This document shows positions 9,730-18,101 of a DNA stretch of 64,000 bases, piece after piece (position 1 is the stretch's first letter; every line of letters begins with the position of its first letter). Below the pieces are notes generated by a model that searched no databases, was not told where the DNA came from, and was given only the letters and a program-made list of their open reading frames with translations. Source of the DNA: Candidatus Obscuribacteraceae bacterium (GTDB lineage Bacteria; Cyanobacteriota; Vampirovibrionia; Obscuribacterales; Obscuribacteraceae); assembly GCA_044226015.1 (NCBI GenBank), contig JBGAHS010000008.1:32001-96000 (forward strand). Direction: 5' to 3'. The translations under genes were made by a program, and so were the position numbers.

Positions 9730-10888
9730 GCAAAAAGACTAGCCCGCAGCAAATGACTAACAACACAGCAATCACACCGTATGCGTTGTGAATTCCCACC
9801 TGACCTGCGAGTATTCCAAGCAAGAGTGGTGCGGAGAGAGTGGCACTTCCAGACGAAAGCGACATGCGGAAAGTGGCTTGACTGGTCTGTCCTGGCGCGC
9901 TTGCAATTGCCAGCGATAAGGTAAGCGGATAAAAATTTGATATGCCCAGACCAGTTATGAATAATCCGAGCAAACTAAAGAACACAATTTTGCTGTTCCA
10001 AAAAAGAAAAAATCCAAATACCCCTAAGATTGATGCCAGACGCAAGAGTGTATGAGGCTTCATCTGGCGAGCCAAACGGCTACCAATGATTCTTCCAAAA
10101 ACCATGGCTACAAGAAAGGATGTGACACAAGCTGCAGCATCTGATTTAGACAGATGAATTACATCCTTGAGAAAGTCAGCAGTCCAATAGAGTATCGACC
10201 ACTCTGACGCAACACTCAAGAAAACGACCGCAAAGCACAGCCAATAAGCTTTGGGCAAGCGAGCATGTTTCTCATTGATTTTATTAGCGAGTGATTCTTC
10301 ATGAGTCTCGTTGGCTAAAAACTTGTGAGAAATGAAGAAGTAAATTACGAAAGCAAAAATTGGTAATATCAGCGCCGTTCGCCATCCGAGCGAGCTTCGG
10401 CTGAACCAACTTATCAAAAGTGGCGCCAGACTACAAAATAAACTAGCCGCAATATTTGCTTCGGTAATTGCAATCGCACGTAAATGCTGAAATCGTTCAG
10501 CCATAATTGTGCACATTGTTTGCGACATGGTGCTTCCGCAAACCCCACATACAAAACAAGCGGCAATAGTCAATGCAGGAATTTGCCCCGCAAGCAAAAT
10601 TGCAATACCGCAGCAGAGTCCCAAACAGGCGCCCCAGGCAGCTTTCACCACACCAAATTTTCGCTTCGTTTTATCACCCGTCAGACCCGCAACGATGACG
10701 CCACATGACCAGAGACTGAAGTGAAAGGCCGAAAGTGTATAGCTTAAATGCAGCTCTTCACGCAAAAATGTCATCGCTGGACCAAGCCCAGCAGAGGCAT
10801 AGCAATAAGTTCCAATCATCAAATAAGACAACCACGCGACACTGTCACGAACAAACTTGTTTGAAGATGGGTCTGCGCTAGTTTGCAT
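9707..10888 (-). CDS. MFS transporter
   Basis: About 12 hydrophobic helices and GRIIGSRL; overlaps the convergent GT gene by 23 bp. Confidence 0.85.
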   Translation of the reverse strand: MQTSADPSSNKFVRDSVAWLSYLMIGTYCYASAGLGPAMTFLREELHLSYTLSAFHFSLWSCGVIVAGLTGDKTKRKFGVVKAAWGACLGLCCGIAILLAGQIPALTIAACFVCGVCGSTMSQTMCTIMAERFQHLRAIAITEANIAASLFCSLAPLLISWFSRSSLGWRTALILPIFAFVIYFFISHKFLANETHEESLANKINEKHARLPKAYWLCFAVVFLSVASEWSILYWTADFLKDVIHLSKSDAAACVTSFLVAMVFGRIIGSRLARQMKPHTLLRLASILGVFGFFLFWNSKIVFFSLLGLFITGLGISNFYPLTLSLAIASAPGQTSQATFRMSLSSGSATLSAPLLLGILAGQVGIHNAYGVIAVLLVICCGLVFLPIWSKDN

Positions 10889-11191
10889 CTCTGAAGTGTA
10901 GCAGCTTGGATGTATTCGGCACTCTATCTATAACTATCGTCAAGATCGCAGAACTCGTACGCTTAAAGTTCAGCTCAATTACTTTCATTTCATCTATCAA
11001 TTGGTGGGACTCCAATTAATTCGCAATCAGCAGGGCAAAACAGCTCAGTACAACGAATTGAGCCACCATCAAAATTTTAGATTGAGAGAATTACGATTGC
11101 GTTTTGCACAATCATGCAGGTTGGTGTCACTTTCAATTCACGCTTGCTTGAGTAAGTTCCACTGAGCAGTGGCGACTGAGAGGATAAGATC

Positions 11192-11839
11192 ATGTCAGAT
11201 AGAAATGCAACACACGCATCATTTGTTGATGCAGCTAATCGAACAGAACAATTAAATAAGAACAGTATCGAATGTCGAGAAAATAGTACCGGTGAAGATA
11301 CCCAAGAGTGTGATAAGCGCTTCACGGTTCAATGGGACAAACAGCTCAACGACAACTACAAAACCCTAACAAAATCACTACCTTCTGATGGCAATACTCT
11401 CCTGCGAGACGCTGAAAGAAAATGGATTGATTTCGACAATGCAGACCTCGCTATGGGCAAGTATATGAGTTCTGACGCAGGAAGAGTTTTCCAGAAAGAG
11501 GATCTGATTGCTGACAGAGCAAAACAGCTCGCAGAGAGGTTTGGTGTAAATCCGATAGGAAGCGAACCTCGCGACTTAGCTCAAGTAGAAGCGAACCTAA
11601 ACACAGTTTATAAACAAGTAAAGGATCTTTTCACGCCAGCTCAGCAAGCTTCACTTACAGCATCAGAACGAAAATGGATAGCGTTCAAAGATGCTGAATA
11701 TAAGATCATAGACTACTTGTTTCCGCCAGCAAAAGACAATGAAAGCAGCCTGCGAAACAACCTGGCAAAAGCGCAAATTCTTGATGATAGGAATAAGGAG
11801 CTTCGCACACTGGCTGCCAATATTGAGAGAAAACAATAA
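11192..11839 (+). CDS. tandem DUF1311/LprI-like domain protein
   Basis: Two copies of the LN..YK.L...L...ERKWI.F motif; SD GAGG. Confidence 0.75.
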   Translation: MSDRNATHASFVDAANRTEQLNKNSIECRENSTGEDTQECDKRFTVQWDKQLNDNYKTLTKSLPSDGNTLLRDAERKWIDFDNADLAMGKYMSSDAGRVFQKEDLIADRAKQLAERFGVNPIGSEPRDLAQVEANLNTVYKQVKDLFTPAQQASLTASERKWIAFKDAEYKIIDYLFPPAKDNESSLRNNLAKAQILDDRNKELRTLAANIERKQ

Positions 11840-12082
11840 CAGTTAAGCACCAGGCAAATTCACGATAATATCAACAGCAGTGAAGCGCTCTACTCCGCTC
11901 GTTTCTGTGAGAACTGTCAGAGCACACTAAGGAAAGGAGGAACAGCGGAGATCGTCGCTGTTCCTCGGTGTGATCCAGGTTAAGTGTGCAGGAGAGCTCT
12001 GGTGAGCCAAAAGGGTCTGCGGAATTTTTGGAACAGGCTGGCGCACCCGCAGTTTCGACGCCAGCCTGTAGCTTTCGCTTTC

Positions 12083-15000
12083 CTAGACGCTGCTGTCCCA
12101 GAAGGCAGCTTCTTTTCCAGAAAGCAATGTTTCAAGTTCGCGCCTCACTGAATCGAAGACAAATTTGTTGGTTGTCCAAAACGCGAGGCGTTGATTTGGT
12201 GCAATCGCAGTGTTCTTTACAGAAGCTATCAACTCTATTGCAGTTACTCGCAAGAATTTTTGAAGTTCTGGCAATTCCATGCCTAGTTTCATTGTTGCAA
12301 GTCGCTGAACGAGCTTTACTCTAGCCGTTTCAAGAAGATCTGCGCTTACAGGTTCACCCCTGTGAACTTTTTCGAATGCTTGTTCGAATTCCGAGAGGAA
12401 ATGTTGAAGGTCGCTTTTCACTTGCTGAAATTCAAGGTCAAGCACAGGGTCTCTGCTTCCAAGAATAGACTTAGCAAATGAATTCAGTTTTTCCATAAAA
12501 CCACCCGACGCATCTTGCTTTTTCATTAGAGGAAGAATTGGGGTAGGAGCAAACGAAGCTTCCTCTGACAATTTCATAGCTTTAAGTTCCTCTCTTGCTG
12601 ACTCTGACGCAACCAATTTGGCTTTTTCTTCATGTGCGGAAATTCCCGACGCAGCATCCTTTTGAAGAGGAACTGCATTATCTTTCTTGCTAGCTCCCAG
12701 CTGCCTGAGGCTTAAATCGGCATCGAACATTTCTTTCTTCTGATCGGGACGCCCTGCTGACATCGGACGAGCAGATGGACGAGCAGGATGCACCGGTGGT
12801 ATCGGCTGAGCTGATGGCTGTGCTGCCATAGAGGCTTGCTGTGGTGGCACCATTGGTGCCGAGGACGCTTGCTGGAGGCTAGGGCTTTGAGGAGGCGACG
12901 GTGGAGCAGATGACGCAGCCGGTGTGCCGCCAGGGGCAGGCAGTGAAAGAGATGAATTACATGCAGAGAACTGCTTCCACGAACCTGTGCTGCATGCCTC
13001 CTGTGCTGCTTCAGCACAATCAGTCCAGGCATCAGCGCTATGGCCTTCTGCGGCCGCCCCCCAGGAATCACGAGCTGGAGCAGGGCTGGCGCCCCAAGAG
13101 CCCTGAGCTGAGGCTTGGCTAGCTCCCAAAGAGCCTCCTGCACCGCCAGCTAGATTCGAATATTCATTTGAGGACATTCTTGAAAGCGAGCGCATTTTCA
13201 CAGTGGGGCTAATCGCTTGCCATTCAGCTGGAGTTTCCACAGCCTGAACAATCTTTCTAATTGAGCCAGATTTATTCACAATTTCAGACTCGTCAACTAC
13301 AACATAAGCAGTGAATTTCGAAAGCAACGAATGCTGCACGGACAGCGAGATGATGTCTTGCTTGATCTGGCGAGAATTGTTCAAGCGGAATGTATCTTCC
13401 AGATCCATTATGTGAGCTTTAGCCCAAAGATGCGCAATACAAGCCATATCTACGGGCTGAGCTTTCACCTTCTCTTCAAAATTCTTTCCATTGGCAAGTC
13501 TTCCTTTTATCCGAAGCTTACCGCTTCCGGCTCCATTGAGCTTGAAGAAACAAATGGATGCGCGTCCTGCGAAAATATCGGGGATACGAGCGGGAGAAAG
13601 TGAGGCTCTGTCGACAGAGAGATCCTGGTTCTCTAATTGTAGGTCCGTTACAATCGGAGCACCAATTTCCCTTCCAATCGAAGTCAGAGCCTCCTCCAGT
13701 TGAATCCCGGGTTCAACAAATGTAGCGGTTCCACCTCCGAGAGTTGCAAGTCGCTTCAGCAAACCTGAATTGACTGAGGTATCGATGCCGACTACAAAGA
13801 GCCTGGCATCACCTATCTCGTTCTGGATGCGCCGCAAAATCATGGACTCGTTTCCTACCTCACCATCAGTGAGCACCACTAATGATGGCAGGCGTCCGTC
13901 TCTATCAGTGCGGGACCTCAGGGCAGACAACGCATTCGCAAGCGCATTGTCCATCTCTGTGCCACCTCGCGCATTTACTGTGCGCAGGTACTTTTCGCCA
14001 GCCTCTAGCCCTGCAGTGTCCGCGGTGATAAAGCGGTCACTTCCCCTTGCAGGCATCCACTCGACTGAATTATCGAAGGAAGCGATGGCGAATTTGTCCT
14101 GAGGTCCCAACGTGTTCAATAAAATGCCGCAAGCTCTAATTGCTGAACTCATCTTGATGCCACTCATTGAACCAGAGCGATCAAGTACGAAAATTATGTC
14201 TCGCGGAGCGCCCAAATAGCCAGTCCGACGAGGCGGCAATAAAGAGAGTAAACCATATGTAGTACCATGCTCAGTCTTGTAAGTAAGAAGGGACGATTTC
14301 ACAGTGTCGCTAGTAGCACGCCAACGCAAGACGAAATCACGATTCAATCTTTCATCTACGCGTCCTAGCGACACCGTGATGCCCTCCTGTCCGAGCGAAG
14401 TTTTACTTGCATGTTGAGAGCAGGCAAGGTCGCTAATTTCAACTCCATCTGCAGACAGGAATTCAACTTTCAAACTCAACTTAACATTGGAATCCACTCC
14501 GTTAGCCAGGCGAGGCGGTGAGATGCGCGAAGCATCCGGAACCAGATCAGTATCGGCAGAAATGCCATCGCCAACCTGATTTCTGTTCAGCTCTCGACCA
14601 GGTATATATCTGGGAGCAACAACCAACGGCAACCTCAGTTCGCTTGCGCCATCTTCATAGAATGGCAAACGTTCCGAATAGCTTATCTCAATTGTCACAT
14701 CCTCGCCTGGCGGAATGTTTCCTACTTGAACAGTAAACACATCGTCGCGTTCTTGTTCTAGCAATGCTGCACGCTTTCCAGCGCTGACAGCCTGGTTGTA
14801 ATGCTCTCGAGCTTCAGCCCGCTCACGCACAACACCTTTAATTTTGCGCTGACCAACTTTCATTTCGAAATTCGAAATAGCTGAGCCTGCGGCTAGAGGA
14901 AATATGTAAACAGCTTCAATGTGCTCTGTCAGTGTGTTCTTAAAAACTTGTTTGATTGTAACTTCAGAGACACGATCAACGACCCGCGCAACAATATCGA

Positions 15001-15115
15001 CCGCATCAAGTGGCAATGCAATCTGTTGCGGACCTTCAATTAATAGGCGCCCTAATTCGCGCACAGCACCTTTGACTTCGTCTAACATAGGTAATTGGAT
15101 GCTGGGTGGGGTCAT
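12083..15115 (-). CDS. VIT + vWA domain protein with long low-complexity linker
   Basis: VIT (IEAVYIFPL, LLEQER.DVF...VGNIPPG); vWA MIDAS DRSGSM, GGT and LTDG; SD GGAGG. Confidence 0.9.
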   Translation of the reverse strand: MTPPSIQLPMLDEVKGAVRELGRLLIEGPQQIALPLDAVDIVARVVDRVSEVTIKQVFKNTLTEHIEAVYIFPLAAGSAISNFEMKVGQRKIKGVVRERAEAREHYNQAVSAGKRAALLEQERDDVFTVQVGNIPPGEDVTIEISYSERLPFYEDGASELRLPLVVAPRYIPGRELNRNQVGDGISADTDLVPDASRISPPRLANGVDSNVKLSLKVEFLSADGVEISDLACSQHASKTSLGQEGITVSLGRVDERLNRDFVLRWRATSDTVKSSLLTYKTEHGTTYGLLSLLPPRRTGYLGAPRDIIFVLDRSGSMSGIKMSSAIRACGILLNTLGPQDKFAIASFDNSVEWMPARGSDRFITADTAGLEAGEKYLRTVNARGGTEMDNALANALSALRSRTDRDGRLPSLVVLTDGEVGNESMILRRIQNEIGDARLFVVGIDTSVNSGLLKRLATLGGGTATFVEPGIQLEEALTSIGREIGAPIVTDLQLENQDLSVDRASLSPARIPDIFAGRASICFFKLNGAGSGKLRIKGRLANGKNFEEKVKAQPVDMACIAHLWAKAHIMDLEDTFRLNNSRQIKQDIISLSVQHSLLSKFTAYVVVDESEIVNKSGSIRKIVQAVETPAEWQAISPTVKMRSLSRMSSNEYSNLAGGAGGSLGASQASAQGSWGASPAPARDSWGAAAEGHSADAWTDCAEAAQEACSTGSWKQFSACNSSLSLPAPGGTPAASSAPPSPPQSPSLQQASSAPMVPPQQASMAAQPSAQPIPPVHPARPSARPMSAGRPDQKKEMFDADLSLRQLGASKKDNAVPLQKDAASGISAHEEKAKLVASESAREELKAMKLSEEASFAPTPILPLMKKQDASGGFMEKLNSFAKSILGSRDPVLDLEFQQVKSDLQHFLSEFEQAFEKVHRGEPVSADLLETARVKLVQRLATMKLGMELPELQKFLRVTAIELIASVKNTAIAPNQRLAFWTTNKFVFDSVRRELETLLSGKEAAFWDSSV

Positions 15116-15130
15116 TGAATCGTCCTCCGA

Positions 15131-15652
15131 TTATTTTTTGTTGCGCGACCTCATAGCTTCGAGTGCCGCACTGATTTTTTTGCTTGTTTCACTGATGTCG
15201 TCTGATTGCCAGTTATCTTGAATCAGCACCTTCACTCCTGGCTCGATTTCAATTTCGTGCCATGTGACAGTTCGTACTGTTTCAGCTTTCTTATGTGCGT
15301 CTTGCTCTTTCTGTTTCCAAAAATCGGCAAGACTGGCTAGTAGAGCCTCCAGCTCGTCATCATTTCTTCCGTAAAGGCGCGTTTGTATTTCTGACAGAGG
15401 CAAATTGATTGCCTGCAACGCTTTTATTGCAAGAACCTGTAACACCTGCCGCCTGCCATAAATGGCTTGTCGTCCGTTGATACGAGGTCTATCAATTAAT
15501 CCGAGTGTCGTGTAGTAGCGAATTGTCCGAGCATCCGGTACTGGCGAAACACGGTTGTCTTGTTGGGCGCCGAGCAGAGCGTATTTGGTTAACAGTTGTC
15601 CAACTTCGTCGGACAGCTCGTCAAGACTTAGCGCTTGCTCTTCCGTCTTCAT
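15131..15652 (-). CDS. MerR-type HTH regulator
   Basis: ARTIRYYTTLGLIDRP...Y....LQVLAIKALQ..NLPLSEI. Confidence 0.85.
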   Translation of the reverse strand: MKTEEQALSLDELSDEVGQLLTKYALLGAQQDNRVSPVPDARTIRYYTTLGLIDRPRINGRQAIYGRRQVLQVLAIKALQAINLPLSEIQTRLYGRNDDELEALLASLADFWKQKEQDAHKKAETVRTVTWHEIEIEPGVKVLIQDNWQSDDISETSKKISAALEAMRSRNKK

Positions 15653-15687
15653 GACAGTATTATTTCAAATTACTGTAATACTGTCAA
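15650..15687 (-). promoter_or_regulatory. leaderless sigma70 promoter with 11-bp inverted-repeat operator
   Basis: Minus strand TTGACA, 17-nt spacer, (TGa)AATAAT, 6 nt, then ATG; inverted repeat TGACAGTATTA (15652-15662)/TAATACTGTCA (15676-15686). Confidence 0.7.
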
Positions 15688-16170
15688 GATCCCAAGTCGA
15701 ACTGCTTGAAACACTTGCTGCTCAATGAGAAATCGAACTCTGGAATACAAACACGACTGTTTCCAGTATAAATACTGTCAGATTAACTGTCAGCATTTTA
15801 GAAAGCAGCAAGAATACCTCAAAAGCATTGAACAGCAGCTTTCTTAGCGAGCAAGGCAGACCTATCCGCCTATCTCAGCCGATCATTATTATATGCAAGG
15901 CATATTAACACTGTCACAATAGGATTTCCCATTACTGTCAGAATATCCTGGCAGCTCCAGCTTGCACGACAGCACCGTCTAACTCGCTGGTCCATTATTG
16001 CGGCTCCTGGCAGCTAGAAGCATTTCGGCAAGTGACTCTGAATATTGCAAATTAAAGGAAAAGAATTCAGCAGGAGAGATTTGCAAGGTTTCCAAATAGT
16101 AAGCATTATTCAGGCCAAGTTGCGGTGGTATAGCAGTGCTATGGCGATCACGAACTTTAGGAGTAAAAGA

Positions 16171-16983
16171 ATGCGTCGAGCTTTTTTTGTCTTGCTTATG
16201 GGCGGCAATCTGGTTTGGAATTGTTTCGCTGAAAACGCAGCAAGAGCACAAAGTTCTGCGGATCGGAGTTTTGAATTCCGGCAAAAGCAGGCCGAAGCTC
16301 AACGAAAGTTTGAACAGCATAGAGCCGAAATTGAGCGAAACTTTCAGCAACATCAATTCGGGCATGGACACAGCAATGGCGTCACTACCTACAGTGGCAC
16401 AGCTGCAACAAGTTCCAGAGCAGCTAACTACTCCAACTCTGCATATGGAAGCGGAAGTTCTCAGCACAGCACGAGCCAGGCAAGCCCGAGCAACAATTTT
16501 GACCCAAGAACAGCACCAGCTCCTGGAAAGTGTTTCATGAGCCTGGTGCAAACCGCACGTTCAGCTAACAGAGTAGAGTCGCTATTCGGTTATCTGCCTT
16601 CAACACAAGTAACCCTCTTAAAAGAAAGACAAGCTCAACATGACCCTGCGCTTGCGGCTAAAAGACGGGCAGAGTATCAAGCGGCAGGCACATTAGACCG
16701 AGACACAATAGAGCATTTGACTCAAGACCCCTACTCAGGCGAGTTGAAGTCGCTCAAGAATATAGCTAATAAGGTAATTAAGGTAAGGAGTTCCGAAATA
16801 AAAGGGAACAAAGCGGTCATATCCGTTCTCACTCACTCTGATGCGAAGGCAAGTTTTAACGGCGGAAAGTCCGAAGCATTTCCTTACGGCACTGCACGAG
16901 TCGACATGTTTGGAGAAGGATCATACTGGAAATTCGACCGATACAATGACGACAACCTAAAATTCAAGACTCCTCCTCGCTAA
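16171..16983 (+). CDS. exported hypothetical protein
   Basis: SD AGGAG before ATG 16171; signal-peptide-like N-terminus MRRAFFVLLMGGNLVW...AENAARA. Confidence 0.7.
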   Translation: MRRAFFVLLMGGNLVWNCFAENAARAQSSADRSFEFRQKQAEAQRKFEQHRAEIERNFQQHQFGHGHSNGVTTYSGTAATSSRAANYSNSAYGSGSSQHSTSQASPSNNFDPRTAPAPGKCFMSLVQTARSANRVESLFGYLPSTQVTLLKERQAQHDPALAAKRRAEYQAAGTLDRDTIEHLTQDPYSGELKSLKNIANKVIKVRSSEIKGNKAVISVLTHSDAKASFNGGKSEAFPYGTARVDMFGEGSYWKFDRYNDDNLKFKTPPR

Positions 16984-17041
16984 GCAAATGTTTGCCTCAG
17001 AATGGCGCACCTGAGCAACTTTCAAACACATAAAGTCAAAG

Positions 17042-18010
17042 TCACTCTCGCTTCAAAACCGTATAGTCGAAATCGAACTTTATATCGATGTCTTCGTTTA
17101 CGCCCTCCGGCAGTGGAGGCAACGGACTGGAGGCACGAACAGCCGAGATTGCAGCTTGATCAGAGTCATCTGCGCCTGAAGAGCGAACGACTCTAACGTT
17201 TTCGATAGAGCCGTTTTGCTTTATGCGAAATTTGACCGTGCAGGTATGAGTTAGTGTGGTTTTAACAGGATGCCAGTTCTTCTTGATCAACTTCCAGACA
17301 AGTGCAAGATAATCAGAAACCAGTTGCTCGCCCTCAGTAGCAGCACCGCGCCCCGCCCCCTTCGCTAGTCCCGATCCAGCAGCCTCCCCCGAAGGCTCCA
17401 GCCCTGAAGCCCCAGAAACGCCATCAGCCGCTGCGCCACCGCCAGCAGTGGCTTCAACAGTACGGCTAGCTGAATTAGCAGCAAGCAGTTCTGCCGTTCT
17501 TTCAGTCGAAGATGAAGTTGGTTCTGACAGTTTCTCCGTCTCTAACTCAGACTTGAGCGATGATCGCAAAGCATCACGACATGGGACCGCGACACTATTT
17601 GCTTGATAAAGCTTGGTCCTGGTAGAGGTCCGTTTCTCATTTGCTCTTTCGACCTCTCGCGAAAGTGCTTTCACAACTATAGATTTGGCGGGTACTTTAT
17701 CTTTCGCTTTAGCAGAGATGGCAGCGCCTTGAGCTCCGGCGGTTAATAGCAAAACAGCTGGCTCAATAGGTTTTGGAGCTTCTGGCAAAAGAAGGATGGA
17801 AATGATTTGACGAGTCGACACATCATGAGCTCGACTGAGACAAATCACGCAAGCCAACCCTATACAGTGGAATGCAAATGAACTACACAACCAGACCCTC
17901 AATTGTGGAAAAGCGCTCGATAAAGCGAAGGACAATGCCCCAGAGCTTGAATTTGCATCAGGCGTAAGTTCTATTTCTGATAGTTCGCTACTTTGCATTT
18001 CGAAGGTCAA
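17042..18010 (-). CDS. tonB: TonB-family energy transducer (TonB_C/TolA-like)
   Basis: N-terminal TM with an S...H motif; Pro/Ala linker; C-terminal IKKNWHP..V.FRI..NGSI..V.V.RSSG..D..AISAV..SSPLPPLP. Confidence 0.8.
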   Translation of the reverse strand: MTFEMQSSELSEIELTPDANSSSGALSFALSSAFPQLRVWLCSSFAFHCIGLACVICLSRAHDVSTRQIISILLLPEAPKPIEPAVLLLTAGAQGAAISAKAKDKVPAKSIVVKALSREVERANEKRTSTRTKLYQANSVAVPCRDALRSSLKSELETEKLSEPTSSSTERTAELLAANSASRTVEATAGGGAAADGVSGASGLEPSGEAAGSGLAKGAGRGAATEGEQLVSDYLALVWKLIKKNWHPVKTTLTHTCTVKFRIKQNGSIENVRVVRSSGADDSDQAAISAVRASSPLPPLPEGVNEDIDIKFDFDYTVLKRE

Positions 18011-18039
18011 AATTAAGCACGATTATTAACTCAAGCTAA

Positions 18040-18068
18040 TTGAAAATGAAACTGGTTTTCATTATTAT
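18040..18068 (+). promoter_or_regulatory. Fur/Zur-type box overlapping the promoter of the TonB-dependent receptor
   Basis: GAAAATGAAACTGGTTTTC matches the classical Fur box at 13/19; inverted repeat AATGAAA..TTTCATT; TTGAAA, 17-nt spacer, TATTAT. Confidence 0.65.
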
Positions 18069-18101
18069 GCTCAAAGTTCGCACTTACTAAACAGGTCATC
18101 T

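Noticed and set aside
10889..11191. c-di-GMP riboswitch suggested by GGCAAA
   Set aside because: Lacks the GEMM P1/P2 stems and the GNRA/receptor arrangement.
15979..16551. 190-aa minus-strand ORF and other short overlapping ORFs in the track
   Set aside because: They overlap better-supported genes on the opposite strand or in another frame and have no motifs.
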